Position numbers and translations under genes: made by a program. A stretch of DNA of 64,000 nucleotides from Candidatus Gemmiger faecigallinarum. Its GTDB lineage: Bacteria; Bacillota; Clostridia; Oscillospirales; Ruminococcaceae. The notes beneath the pieces are model-generated. The model did not search any database and was not told where the DNA came from. It saw only the letters and a program-made list of their open reading frames with translations. The stretch covers positions 19,823-83,822 of the forward strand of contig DWVD01000010.1 of assembly GCA_019120395.1 (NCBI GenBank), read 5' to 3'. How positions within the stretch are numbered: the first letter of the stretch is position 1; the number at the start of each line of letters is the position of its first letter. Shown here piece after piece: positions 49,038 through 59,108 of the stretch.

Positions 49038-51824
49038 ATGGAACTGTACGCGCTGAAAGTGAACCACCTTGACCGGCCTCTGGGGCATTTCCTGCCGCGG
49101 ACCGTGTTTTCTTGGAAGGTCCGGCAGGCTAACGGTTTCTGCCAGCAGGCGGCGCGCCTAGTCATCCGCCGGGAGGCGGCAGATGGCCAGGTTTTACACG
49201 ATACGGGCTTTGTACAAAAGGCCGACAGTCTGGGATGGAAAATCGACCTGCCCCTGCAGCCCCGCACCCGTTATGTCTGGCAGCTGACCGTGCGGGATGA
49301 CACGGGGGACGAAGCCTGTGCCGAAAGCTGGTTTGAGACCGGCAAACGGGATGAGCCCTTTGCCGCAAAGTGGATTGGCTGCAAGGACGAGGAACCGCGT
49401 CACCCCATTTTTGAAAAACAGGTTCAGCCCAGACCCGGGCTCGTGTGTGCACGTTTATACATCACCGGTCTCGGATTGTATGAGGCGTACTATAACGGTA
49501 AGAAGATCGGGGATGAATATCTCACGCCGGGTTGCACCAATTACGATGCCTGGGTGCAGGTGCAAACCTATGATGTGACCCACCTGCTGACGCAGGAGGG
49601 GACCCTCAGCGTGATGCTGGGCAACGGGTGGTACAAGGGCCGCTTTGGCATGGATGGCCGCAGCGGTGGAGTCTATGGAGACGAATGGAAACTGCTGGCA
49701 GAACTGCGCCTGCGTTACGAGGACGGCGGCGAGGAAGTCCTTGGCACGGATGAAAGCTGGCGTATGCGGCGCAGCAAGATCACCTTTTCCAATTTCTATG
49801 ATGGGGAACACCGTGACGATACACTGCCGGAGTCCCCGGCGGAGCCCGTCAAGCTCGTACAGCCGCCCAAGGGCATCCTGCAGGACCGCATGAGTCCGCC
49901 AGTCACCGTATACAAACGGTTGCAGCCGGTGGAATTGCTGCACACGCCCAAAGGCGAGACTGTGCTCGATCTTGGGCAGGAAATAACTGGTATTTTCGCC
50001 TTGCGCGTAGAACAGCCGGCGGGAACGGTCATTCACATCCAGTGCGGAGAAATTTTACAGCAGGGAAATTTCTACAATGATAATCTCCGCAGCGCCCGCG
50101 CGGAGTATCTATACAAAAGCAGCGGCGCACCGGTTGTTTTGCGCCCCCATTTTACGGATTATGGTTACCGCTATGTCAAGATCGAAGGCGTTCCCGATCT
50201 GAAGAAAGAGGATTTCACCGCACTTGCTCTTTCGACAGAAATGGACGAAACGGGTACCGTGAGTACTGGACATCCGTTGGTCAATAAGCTGCTTTCCAAT
50301 ATTCGCTGGGGAATGAGGGACAATTTTGTTGATTTGCCCACAGATTGTCCCCAGCGGGATGAGCGGATGGGATGGACCGGCGATGCACAGGTGTTTCTTC
50401 CCACCGCCTGCTGCCTAGCGGATCCCTATGCATTTTACGCAAAATACCTGCATGATCTCCGAACCGAACAAGATTCCCGCCAGGGATTGGTACCGAATGT
50501 GGTCCCGTCCTTCGGTGCGCAGCGGTGTTCCAGTGTTTGGGGCGACGCTGCCTGCCTAATGCCGTGGGCACTGTATCAAATCTATGGAGATGCTTCGATC
50601 CTGGAAGACCAGTACCCCAGCATGAAAGCCTGGGTCGATGCAATCCGCCGGTTAGACGGAGACGCGCATGGCTGGCGCAAAGCTTTTCACTTTGGCGACT
50701 GGTTAGCGCTTGACCGCCCCGGCGCCGGGCCCGATTCGACGATGGGCGGCACTGATGAGGGGTTCATCGCGGATGTTTACTATTACCACAGCACCGATCT
50801 TGTGGCCCGCGCGGCACAGATCCTCGGCAAACCGGAAGATGCCGCTTTCTACGCGTCCGAAGCGGAGCGCCTGCGCAGAGAGATCGAGTACGAATACTAC
50901 ACCGGCAGCGGTCGTTGCTGTTTCCGCACGCAAACCGCCATGCTCCTTACACTACATTTCGGCCTTTCCTCTGCGCCGGAACGGATCCTGCAAACGCTCT
51001 GCCAGCTTTTGCAGGAAAGCGGCAATAAACCGCAGACCGGGTTTGTCGGTACTCCGCTGCTTTGTAATACGCTTTCAGAAAACGGCTGCGGAGAGCTGGC
51101 TTGCCAGCTCTTGCTAAATGAAGAAACTCCCGGGTGGCTATACGCTGTTAAGTTGGGCGCCACGACCATCTGGGAACGCTGGAACAGCGTGCTCCCAGAT
51201 GGAACCATCAACCCCTCCGGCATGAACAGCCTCAATCATTATGCCTATGGCTCTGTGGGAGAATGGCTGTTCCGCCATTTGGCAGGCCTTGATCTTTTTC
51301 AGACACCAGGCTGCCGCCATGGCAAACTGCAACCAACGCTCTGTTGGAACATCAAACACGCCAACGCAAGGTTTGATTCACCCGCAGGCTTATGGGAATG
51401 CGGCTGGGAGATTCTGGATGCCGGTCACGTAAAGGTAGCGGTCACAGTACCTTTTGGGTGTACCGCTGAACTTCTTCTGCCGCTGGCCGATCTCGCTTCG
51501 GTACAGGCCTCAGGGGACAATCCGCCTGCTTTGTGCAAAGCGACAGGGGGAGCATCCTGCTATTTACAGGCCGGAACTTATGTCTTTTACTACACTACGG
51601 TTCGTCTGCTGAAAAAGATATACAGCACACGGGATTCGCTGGCAGAATTGTCAGAAAAGCCAAACGTCTGGAACAAACTGCTCGAGGTACTGCCTCTCGA
51701 CAAGATTCCAAAAGCCTATTGGGGCTGCACCGTCCGACAGGTCGCCGGGCAGTTTGGCGGGCGAATGGGCGAACAACAACTCGATGGGTTGGATCGTCTG
51801 CTGGCAGCACTTTCAGAGGAATAA
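49038..51824 (+). CDS. GH78 alpha-L-rhamnosidase (second paralog)
   Basis: PTDCPQRDERMGWTGD, WGDAA, GATTIWERWNS and MNSLNHYAYG motifs. Confidence 0.92.
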   Translation: MELYALKVNHLDRPLGHFLPRTVFSWKVRQANGFCQQAARLVIRREAADGQVLHDTGFVQKADSLGWKIDLPLQPRTRYVWQLTVRDDTGDEACAESWFETGKRDEPFAAKWIGCKDEEPRHPIFEKQVQPRPGLVCARLYITGLGLYEAYYNGKKIGDEYLTPGCTNYDAWVQVQTYDVTHLLTQEGTLSVMLGNGWYKGRFGMDGRSGGVYGDEWKLLAELRLRYEDGGEEVLGTDESWRMRRSKITFSNFYDGEHRDDTLPESPAEPVKLVQPPKGILQDRMSPPVTVYKRLQPVELLHTPKGETVLDLGQEITGIFALRVEQPAGTVIHIQCGEILQQGNFYNDNLRSARAEYLYKSSGAPVVLRPHFTDYGYRYVKIEGVPDLKKEDFTALALSTEMDETGTVSTGHPLVNKLLSNIRWGMRDNFVDLPTDCPQRDERMGWTGDAQVFLPTACCLADPYAFYAKYLHDLRTEQDSRQGLVPNVVPSFGAQRCSSVWGDAACLMPWALYQIYGDASILEDQYPSMKAWVDAIRRLDGDAHGWRKAFHFGDWLALDRPGAGPDSTMGGTDEGFIADVYYYHSTDLVARAAQILGKPEDAAFYASEAERLRREIEYEYYTGSGRCCFRTQTAMLLTLHFGLSSAPERILQTLCQLLQESGNKPQTGFVGTPLLCNTLSENGCGELACQLLLNEETPGWLYAVKLGATTIWERWNSVLPDGTINPSGMNSLNHYAYGSVGEWLFRHLAGLDLFQTPGCRHGKLQPTLCWNIKHANARFDSPAGLWECGWEILDAGHVKVAVTVPFGCTAELLLPLADLASVQASGDNPPALCKATGGASCYLQAGTYVFYYTTVRLLKKIYSTRDSLAELSEKPNVWNKLLEVLPLDKIPKAYWGCTVRQVAGQFGGRMGEQQLDGLDRLLAALSEE

Positions 51825-51840
51825 GTGAGGAAGGATACAT

Positions 51841-52761
51841 TTGCAAGAGTTTTTAATAATTTTTGAGCAACTCTGCTTTATGCTGGTTTATATGGCAATC
51901 GGCTGTATTTTGTACCGAGCACGGGTTATTACCGATACAGGCAGTCGAGAACTTGCGTCTTTGCTGGTTAAACTGGTAATCCCGGCGGTGATTATCAACA
52001 GTTTTTGCGTAGAATTTACCGCGACTAAACTGCAGGAGTTTGCAGTCGCCACATTATGGGCGGCCGTGCTACTAGTCCTGGCGCTGGCGGTGTCCAGGCT
52101 GTTGTTTCCCCACTCTACCATCGAGCAGTTTGCGGCGGCGTTCTCCAACGCCGGGTTTATGGGGCTGCCGCTGATACAGGCGACACTTGGCTCGGAGGCA
52201 GTGATCTTCGTGGTCGGGTTTATCGCATTGCTCAACGTCCTGCAATGGACCTACGGTGTGCGCCTTATCTGCAATGAGAAAGGGCCGCTGAACCTCAAGA
52301 CCCTGGTTTGGAATCCCATCGTTGCCGGGCTGATAATCGGGGTGGTGCTGTTTGTCAGCGGGCTGGGCGAGAGCCTGCCAGAGTTGCTGCGCACACCGCT
52401 GGCCGGCATCTGTAGTTTGAATACGCCGCTTGCTATGATGGTGCTGGGGGTCTATCTGGCAAAAGAGAATTTTGGGACCCTATTCAAGACACCTGGTCTT
52501 TACAAAGTAAGCTTGGTGCGCCTGGCGGTGATCCCACTTCTGTCCCTGCTGGTCCTTTCGCTGGTCCCTGTGCCTGTCGTACTGAAACAGGCGCTGCTTC
52601 TGGCCGCCAGTGCGCCTGTGGGGGCCAATGTGGCTGTCTATGCCCAACTGCACGGCAAGGATCATACGTATGCCAGCAAAATGGTCGTATTATCTACGTT
52701 GTTATCTCCTTTCAGTATGCCGCTGCTGTTGGCTTTTGCCAGCTTACTTTGGACGCATTGA
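51841..52761 (+). CDS. AEC (auxin efflux carrier) family transporter
   Basis: FSNAGFMGLP, NP.., TPLAMMVLG, APVG and STLLS motifs; TTG start. Confidence 0.88.
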   Translation: MQEFLIIFEQLCFMLVYMAIGCILYRARVITDTGSRELASLLVKLVIPAVIINSFCVEFTATKLQEFAVATLWAAVLLVLALAVSRLLFPHSTIEQFAAAFSNAGFMGLPLIQATLGSEAVIFVVGFIALLNVLQWTYGVRLICNEKGPLNLKTLVWNPIVAGLIIGVVLFVSGLGESLPELLRTPLAGICSLNTPLAMMVLGVYLAKENFGTLFKTPGLYKVSLVRLAVIPLLSLLVLSLVPVPVVLKQALLLAASAPVGANVAVYAQLHGKDHTYASKMVVLSTLLSPFSMPLLLAFASLLWTH

Positions 52762-52852
52762 GACCAAAGTCGCCCATTGTTAGCGGGGAGGAAAAGCATT
52801 TTCGACACATATCGTTTCCTTCTTTGCATGGCCACACGCCACCTTTCTGTTT

Positions 52853-53328
52853 AAGTGCATCAATTATGTAGAAGGCCCTTGCGAACAGCAACTGATTGCG
52901 GTGCGGAAAGAGAATCCTGCCAAACTAATTCTTGGGAAAAAGTGTTTAATGTTATCCCAAACCTGATCCCAAAATCCCAAATGTTGTCCATTCAAACTGG
53001 CACAACTGTTGTTCTTGTGCTTGATACGGACGTTGAGCAAACTGCGAACCTAAAAAAGAATCTTGAACTACTGACCAGATACTGCGGTGAATTACAAATC
53101 GCATTTCTGCCGCAGGTTCTCAACCTGGAAGATGAGGTGGTGCGTTGTACAGATGTAAGTTGCGCTGCCGATTTGGCGCGGAGCAACGGTATTTGCAATT
53201 TCAAGAAGGACTTCTGCAAAATGAAGGGGATGGATTGCAGAACCATGCTAGATCGACACGGATTGAAAACTGAGCAGCTTTGGGTAGTGGATTCCTGTTG
53301 GTGGAGACTGTTTGGGGAATGGTTTTGA
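52853..53328 (+). pseudogene. Frameshifted TOPRIM/RloB-like protein remnant
   Basis: An upstream frame gives YVEGPCEQQLI; a shift at ~52937 joins it to VFNVI..VVLVLDTD..QVLNLEDE. No start codon or partner ATPase. Confidence 0.5.
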
Positions 53329-53462
53329 GTCAGAATTGACTTATAAAAAATGCCAAATAATTGTTGAAAAATGGTTCCATCCGGTTATTTTCTTGCAACC
53401 GAACAAGTGGCAGAAATTGGTGCCACGCAGCGGATGTATGAAAATATAAGGAGGAATATGCG

Positions 53463-53927
53463 ATGGCCAGAATGTTGTATCGCAACATCGGGATGAACCG
53501 CGATGAACGTATCCAAAACACCTTCACCCGTTACCTGACCTGCGCCCTTGACAGAGAGAAGGCGCGATTCCGGTATAAGCAGCGGCAAGAGCAAAAAATG
53601 GAGCCATACGATGAGACCGGGGATGAATCGGCCAGCGGCGAATTGCTGGCGGCGTTGGCAGATCGCCAGATCACACAGGCGTCAAACCCGCATTCCTGGC
53701 AAGACTTCCTGCAGCAGGTGGATGCCGACTGGTTGTACAAGGCGTTGCACGCCCTTACCCGGGCGGAAGCGGATATTTTATATTGGCGTATTGTTCTTGA
53801 TCTAAGTTATGCGCAGATCGAAGCCATCGCCGGCTTGCCCGTATACGAAGCCCAGAAACGCTACTCGATGGCGATTCGCAAGCTGCGCAAAGCAGCAATG
53901 CGCCGGAGGACATCTCATGACCTTTGA
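53463..53927 (+). CDS. Sigma-70 region 4 domain regulator (Tn916 Orf7-like)
   Basis: LYKALHALTRAEADILYWR..LSYAQI..AIRKLR; RBS AGGAGG. Confidence 0.7.
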   Translation: MARMLYRNIGMNRDERIQNTFTRYLTCALDREKARFRYKQRQEQKMEPYDETGDESASGELLAALADRQITQASNPHSWQDFLQQVDADWLYKALHALTRAEADILYWRIVLDLSYAQIEAIAGLPVYEAQKRYSMAIRKLRKAAMRRRTSHDL

Positions 53928-54114
53928 AGAACTGCTTGACCAGGCCAAAGCGCAGGATCCGAAAGCGGTGCTGACATTATTTGAGCGGTATCGCCCCTTG
54001 CTGCTCAGCCGGTCTTATGACGCATATGGCCGGTTCAACGAGGATCTGTGGCAGGATCAATGCCATCGCTTCTTGATCGTTATACAAATGTTCAACAAAG
54101 AAAAAGCGTTGTGA
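53917..54114 (+). CDS. Small HTH protein (Tn916 Orf8-like)
   Basis: FEELLDQAK.QDPKAV..LFERYRPLL..NEDL; overlaps the upstream stop. Confidence 0.7.
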   Translation: MTFEELLDQAKAQDPKAVLTLFERYRPLLLSRSYDAYGRFNEDLWQDQCHRFLIVIQMFNKEKAL

Positions 54115-54128
54115 AAATCTGGAAAAAT

Positions 54129-54173
54129 AGCAAAGCGGGCGGTACCCCCAAAAAGGGTGCCGCCCGCTTTGCT
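54129..54173. terminator. Hairpin between convergent operons
   Basis: AGCAAAGCGGGCGGTACCC/GGGTGCCGCCCGCTTTGCT. Confidence 0.65.
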
Positions 54174-54181
54174 GTACTGAT

Positions 54182-54862
54182 TTATGCGCCGGCCATCTGC
54201 CCCAGCAGCGCCGCCGTGTTGGCGGCAAACTGCGGGGTGAACGACTGGCGGATATCATACTGGAGGTAGCACAGACGCAGCATCTGCGCCCATAAGTCTT
54301 GCTTTTTTGTTTCCGATAAGGAAGGCTCATGCTTGTGCATCCACAGCGACAGGCGCGGTGTTAGTTTCATCCAGGCGAGGGTGTCGCTGTCCTCGTATTC
54401 TCGGCCAAATTCCGCCAGCCATTCCCGCACGGTATGCGTTTCTGTTTTGGCTCCGCAGGAAATGTCCTGGCAGAAATAGACGAGTTTGTCCTTAGGGTAA
54501 ATATACGCCCGCCCCAGTGGGAACAACGCGCAGACTGTCGGCTTGGCGACGTGGATCTTGCAGCCATCCGGCCCGAGAAAGGGACAGGTCTTGCGGTAGG
54601 CTTTAGGCTTCAGGCGAACGACCGGAATCTGTGAATCCGGACCGATATAGCCTTCACCGTATTCCTCCATGATCTGACGCGGCGTTTTATCCAGGAACTT
54701 TGCGATGCGGAACAGATCGCCCGGGTTGAGCAAAATGTCCTCGCGTTCCCGGCAGCAGCGGCCGCAGCGGTCACAGGAAAAGGCGAAGGTATCATCGGGT
54801 CCCAGAGCGGCGGTTTCCAGTTGTTGGGTGAGTCTTTCGGCCTCTCTGTTGGTCGTATTCAT
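54182..54862 (-). CDS. YkgJ-family Cys-cluster (Zn/Fe-chelating) protein
   Basis: FSCDRCGRCC, CPFL..GCKIH..KP.VCALFPL motifs. Confidence 0.85.
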   Translation of the reverse strand: MNTTNREAERLTQQLETAALGPDDTFAFSCDRCGRCCREREDILLNPGDLFRIAKFLDKTPRQIMEEYGEGYIGPDSQIPVVRLKPKAYRKTCPFLGPDGCKIHVAKPTVCALFPLGRAYIYPKDKLVYFCQDISCGAKTETHTVREWLAEFGREYEDSDTLAWMKLTPRLSLWMHKHEPSLSETKKQDLWAQMLRLCYLQYDIRQSFTPQFAANTAALLGQMAGA

Positions 54863-54883
54863 ATCGTTTTTCCTCCTTAAAGA

Positions 54884-54918
54884 ACCCGGGAGGACGGTCT
54901 TCTTCCATCCTCCCGGGT
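54884..54918 (-). terminator. Internal terminator-like hairpin after primase
   Basis: ACCCGGGAGGATGG/CCGTCCTCCCGGGT followed by TCTTT on the minus strand. Confidence 0.5.
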
Positions 54919-54930
54919 CGTGGTTTCGGT

Positions 54931-56010
54931 TCAGGCTTGTTGTCTCTTGCTCAATAAGTAATCATCAATGCCTTTGTACTGCGGGTTCCAGCGGATCTGG
55001 CGGACGGCGAAGCCCATGCTTTTGGCGAGTTCCAGCACCTTTTGGGCACCGGCTGCCACATGGGGGTTCTGCAGCTTGTCCATATCGAAGGCCTCGCATA
55101 CGGTACGGCATCCGAAGCCTTTCAAACAGGCTAAGGCGTCCGGCAGGCTGTTCAGCTGGTTGGCGCCGGCCACAGCCAGAAAGCTGTGGCCCGATAAGCA
55201 GGCAGCCACCGTGGCTTTCAGCGGCCCTTCGGTGATCCAGATGGCGGCATCGGCCGGGTTCCCGACAAAGTGGACCGGTGAGCCGGAGGTGACGCCGCCA
55301 TTGCGCTCGGCGCTGGACAGCCAGACATACTTACCGCCCGATTCGCCCGGGTGGTCTACGCGGATCTGGCAACCCTGGAGCAACCCGCCCACCGAGAACA
55401 CCGGGACAAAGTACCCGGTGCGCCGCGGCGTACAGGCCAGCGTCCAGCCGCCATCCTTCGCTTGATAGAATCCCGGCACGCCTTCCAGCTGACACCCCAT
55501 CTGCAACAGCTGCGCGGCCAGCGCGCGGTACCCAAACGCAGGCACGCTGCGGTAGAGATACTGCTCGATCTGGTCATCGTTCAGCCCGCGCCGGTGCAGG
55601 TCGCTGCGGTGGCTGTCTGCCAACGGCAGCAGAGCCAGCAGGGTGCGCAAGGTCTGGTCAACTGTCAACGCATCGGCGCGTTTCGCTTCCTGAATCGCCG
55701 CTTGGGGCAGCAAGACCGGGGCGGCGGCAACGCGGGGCGTTTCATGGCGGCAGACCACCGAGAAGATCTCGGCGTTGGCCTGGGTGTTGGAGACGCCGAA
55801 AAACCTGGCGTAGAGTTCCACCATCCCACCGTGCGTGCGGCACCGGTTGCAGTTGAACACCTGCTTTTCAAAGTTGATGTTCAGTTTGCCTTTGGTATCC
55901 CCGCAGAACGGGCAGTCCACATCGATCGAGACCGCCCGGCGGCGTCGGATGCGCAGCGGCAGCAGCGAGACCACATCCTGCATTGTATAGGGAAAGTCGT
56001 GCTGGCTCAC
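54931..56010 (-). CDS. Zn-finger/TOPRIM DNA primase (DUF3854-like)
   Basis: CPFC..CNRC zinc finger, GVPGFY, ITEGPLKA, AFDMD and KGIDD motifs. Confidence 0.82.
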   Translation of the reverse strand: MSQHDFPYTMQDVVSLLPLRIRRRRAVSIDVDCPFCGDTKGKLNINFEKQVFNCNRCRTHGGMVELYARFFGVSNTQANAEIFSVVCRHETPRVAAAPVLLPQAAIQEAKRADALTVDQTLRTLLALLPLADSHRSDLHRRGLNDDQIEQYLYRSVPAFGYRALAAQLLQMGCQLEGVPGFYQAKDGGWTLACTPRRTGYFVPVFSVGGLLQGCQIRVDHPGESGGKYVWLSSAERNGGVTSGSPVHFVGNPADAAIWITEGPLKATVAACLSGHSFLAVAGANQLNSLPDALACLKGFGCRTVCEAFDMDKLQNPHVAAGAQKVLELAKSMGFAVRQIRWNPQYKGIDDYLLSKRQQA

Positions 56011-56034
56011 GTTGGCAGCCTCCTTTGGTTGGCA

Positions 56035-56850
56035 TCAGGCCACGGCCCGATCCAGCAAATACTTGGCAGCGGCGCGCAGCAGATTGTTGTTGCCCTTGTA
56101 GCTGTCCACATACCAGTGCAGGCTCGCGGGCTTGGTCAGCGCCAGCTGCCCCAGAGTCTGGCCCCGGTAGCAGCCGCAGTCGATCAGGACGGCCTTGGCT
56201 TTGTCCAGCGTCATGGCAGCATAAGCCTGTTCAAAAGGCATTCCGGGCGTCAAGGCGGGTTCCTGTACCGGCGGTGTTGCGGCTGTGGGCGCCGGCGCGG
56301 GGGTGCGTCTTGCCGTGGAAACGGCCGCTGTGGGCGTCGCGCGTCCAGCCATAGGCCCGGCAGGCGCAGGGCTTGCCGCGGGTGCGGACGCAGCGGCAGC
56401 AACCGGCGCATCGGCCAGGGTGGTGTCTGCCGGTTCGGTGACATCGCAATCGCTGAACTGGGAACCAAACCCGGCTTCGGCCAGCGCGCGCCCGACCGCG
56501 GCGGTCTCGGCGCTCTCAACATAGCTTTCGCCGAACTTGTCCCCGGCCTTGAAAAAGCGCTGCGCGGTGCCGCTGCCGATATACTGGTCCTCGGGGTCAT
56601 CCTTGTTCAGGTAGACGCGGGCCTCGCAGATAGCGACTTCGGCGTTCAGCGCGTGGAAGATCTTCTTGATCTTGCCCAGCGGATGAGCCAGGCGGAACCA
56701 CAGCTTGCGGTATTTCACGTCCAGATACAGCCCTTGTCCCTCCTCGGTGGAGGTGGTGCGCATATACTGCTTGGGGTCAAAGCCCTCCACATGGTTGAGG
56801 GCTGCCACGGCGGCGTTTTCGTCATACATCGGGGTACGGATTGCATTCAT
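56035..56850 (-). CDS. Putative Rad52/Rad22-like single-strand annealing protein
   Basis: YLDVKYRKLWFR..ESAETAAVGRAL motif; lies in an operon with the YqaJ exonuclease. Confidence 0.5.
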   Translation of the reverse strand: MNAIRTPMYDENAAVAALNHVEGFDPKQYMRTTSTEEGQGLYLDVKYRKLWFRLAHPLGKIKKIFHALNAEVAICEARVYLNKDDPEDQYIGSGTAQRFFKAGDKFGESYVESAETAAVGRALAEAGFGSQFSDCDVTEPADTTLADAPVAAAASAPAASPAPAGPMAGRATPTAAVSTARRTPAPAPTAATPPVQEPALTPGMPFEQAYAAMTLDKAKAVLIDCGCYRGQTLGQLALTKPASLHWYVDSYKGNNNLLRAAAKYLLDRAVA

Positions 56851-56852
56851 GT

Positions 56853-59108
56853 TTAAGACACCTCTTTCTGTTCTGTTGTCATTTCGCGGGACTCCGGCTG
56901 GTGCGTTGTATCGTCTTTACAAGAAAATAGCGCCGACAACCGGTTTGCCAGCATCGAGTTTCGCTGGTCGCTGCCATCCTTGTGGATGGCCATGTACAAA
57001 GCTTTCTTTTGGCCCACTAGGATCACCCGCTTCTTGGCGCGGGTGATGGCGGTGTAGACAAGATTCCGGCTCAGCAGTTTGTAAAAGCCCGGCAGCAGTG
57101 GCAGGATGACCACCGCATACTCGCCGCCCTGGCTCTTATGCACGGTCAGCGCATACGCCAGTTGGATGTAGGCCATCTCGCGCTCGTCGTATTCGACGGT
57201 ACGACCGTCCCCGAAGTCAAGGACGGCGATACGCTCGCCTTCTTCATTTGTGCGGATGCCGCGCAGCGTGCCGACATCGCCGTTGCTGATCTCGCCTCGG
57301 TTGCGGGTCTGTACGATACGGTCGCCTTCCCGGAAGAGGGTGTCGCCGATCTGCCATTCCTGCACGCAGAAACGCGCCGGGTTAACCTGGTCGCGCAGCG
57401 CGAGGTTCAGGCTCTTGGCGCTGGCCGCTCCGCGGGACGCGAAGGGGGACAGTACCTGTACCTGATCGATGCCCACACGGGCGATCTCCTCCTGGTACAG
57501 CCGCTGGATCGTGGCGCTGGCGGCAGTTTCGTCCGCACAGGGTAGGAACTCGAAGTCAGGCCCTTCCAGCAGCGTGGCCCGGTTTTGCCGGATCAGCTGG
57601 GCGTTGAGGGCAATGCGGCTTGCACCACTTTGCCGGAACACGGTATCCAGCCGGGTGACGGGCAACACGCCCGAACGGATCAGGTCGCGGAAAACGTTGC
57701 CGGGCCCTACGCTGGGCATCTGGTCGGCATCGCCCACCAGCAACACTTTGGCGCCGGGCCGGATGCGGCGGAACAGTTCCTCGGCCAGGAAAATATCCAT
57801 CATCGAGGTCTCGTCCACCACCACAAAGTCAACCGCCAGCGGCGCTAAGCCTTTGGTGTGGTAGGCGCTGCCCTCGTCTTTGGCCACAAGGCCCAGCACG
57901 CTGTGCAGCGTCCCGGCGGGAAGGCCGGTGCTCTGCATCATGCGGCGGGCGGCACGGCCGGTGGGGGCCGCTTGCAGGACAGTTCCGCCTTCCAACTTCT
58001 GGTAGACATCTAAAATCACGCGGAGCACGGTGGTCTTGCCGGTGCCAGGCCCACCGGTGAGGATGGAGAATGGCTGCTGCAAACAGCAGCGCACCGCCTC
58101 ACACTGGCGGGTGGAGAGCATCAGCCCCTGCTCCTTCTGGCTTTGCGCCAATGCGGTGTCCAGGCTGGCATAGGTGCGCACCGGCTGCCGGGCCAAAGCG
58201 GCCACCAATTCTGTGGTGCGGGTCTCTGCCTCGTACAAACGGCGGCGGTAGACGGCATCACCGCAGACGCAGAGCGCCCGCTGCATGGCCAGCTCATAGA
58301 TCTGGGCCGCCACACTGCTGGCAGGAATCTCGGCGCCGGCGCCTTCCTTCAACAGCCGGGCTGCCTGGCGGATCAGCTCTTCCTTTGGCAGATAGAGATG
58401 GCCGGCATGGCTGGCTTGCGCCAACGTGTAGAGCAAAGCCCCTTGAATGCGCTGCGCATCGTCTGGCCGGACGTGCATCCGGCGGGCGATCTCATCCACG
58501 GTCTTAAAGCCAAACCCGTGGATACGGCACAGGGCATAGGGCGAGGTCTTCAGGACCTGAACGGCCTGCCCGCCGAAGGCTTCGCGGATCTGCACACATT
58601 TGCGGATGCTGACGCCGAAGGGCGCGAGAAAACTCACGATCTCCCGCAGGGCTTTGCTTTCCTCGTAGGTTGATACGATCCGCTCCAGCTTTTTGGCCGC
58701 GATGCCTTTGATGCTGAGCAGCCGCTCCGGCGTTTTGTCCAACACCTGCAGCGTGTCCTGCCCGAAGGCATCCACGAGCTGGCGGGCTGTCTTGGGGCCG
58801 ATGCCCTTGATGAGCCCGGAGGACAGATAGCCGAGGATGCCCACCTCTGTGGAGGGCAAAATTTCCCGGTAATTGTTTACCGCGAGCTGGGGACCGTAAC
58901 GGCTCTTTTCCCAGTGGCCGCTCAGATCCACCTGCACGGCGCTGGTTTCCGGCAGCAGATAGCCGGTGGCCGTAAAGTGGATCAGTCCATCCCGGGAACC
59001 CGCTTTGCGGGCGGCGGCCGGGACGGACTCTTCCCTTGTGCGGTAGGCACAGATGCAAAATCCACAGCTTTCATCCTTGTAGATGGTCTTTTCGTAGGTG
59101 GCGATCAT
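56853..59108 (-). CDS. RecD2-like SF1B helicase
   Basis: IKGIGPKTA HhH, GGPGTGKTT, APTGRAA, VDETSM, VGDADQ and AYALTVHKSQG motifs. Confidence 0.93.
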   Translation of the reverse strand: MIATYEKTIYKDESCGFCICAYRTREESVPAAARKAGSRDGLIHFTATGYLLPETSAVQVDLSGHWEKSRYGPQLAVNNYREILPSTEVGILGYLSSGLIKGIGPKTARQLVDAFGQDTLQVLDKTPERLLSIKGIAAKKLERIVSTYEESKALREIVSFLAPFGVSIRKCVQIREAFGGQAVQVLKTSPYALCRIHGFGFKTVDEIARRMHVRPDDAQRIQGALLYTLAQASHAGHLYLPKEELIRQAARLLKEGAGAEIPASSVAAQIYELAMQRALCVCGDAVYRRRLYEAETRTTELVAALARQPVRTYASLDTALAQSQKEQGLMLSTRQCEAVRCCLQQPFSILTGGPGTGKTTVLRVILDVYQKLEGGTVLQAAPTGRAARRMMQSTGLPAGTLHSVLGLVAKDEGSAYHTKGLAPLAVDFVVVDETSMMDIFLAEELFRRIRPGAKVLLVGDADQMPSVGPGNVFRDLIRSGVLPVTRLDTVFRQSGASRIALNAQLIRQNRATLLEGPDFEFLPCADETAASATIQRLYQEEIARVGIDQVQVLSPFASRGAASAKSLNLALRDQVNPARFCVQEWQIGDTLFREGDRIVQTRNRGEISNGDVGTLRGIRTNEEGERIAVLDFGDGRTVEYDEREMAYIQLAYALTVHKSQGGEYAVVILPLLPGFYKLLSRNLVYTAITRAKKRVILVGQKKALYMAIHKDGSDQRNSMLANRLSALFSCKDDTTHQPESREMTTEQKEVS

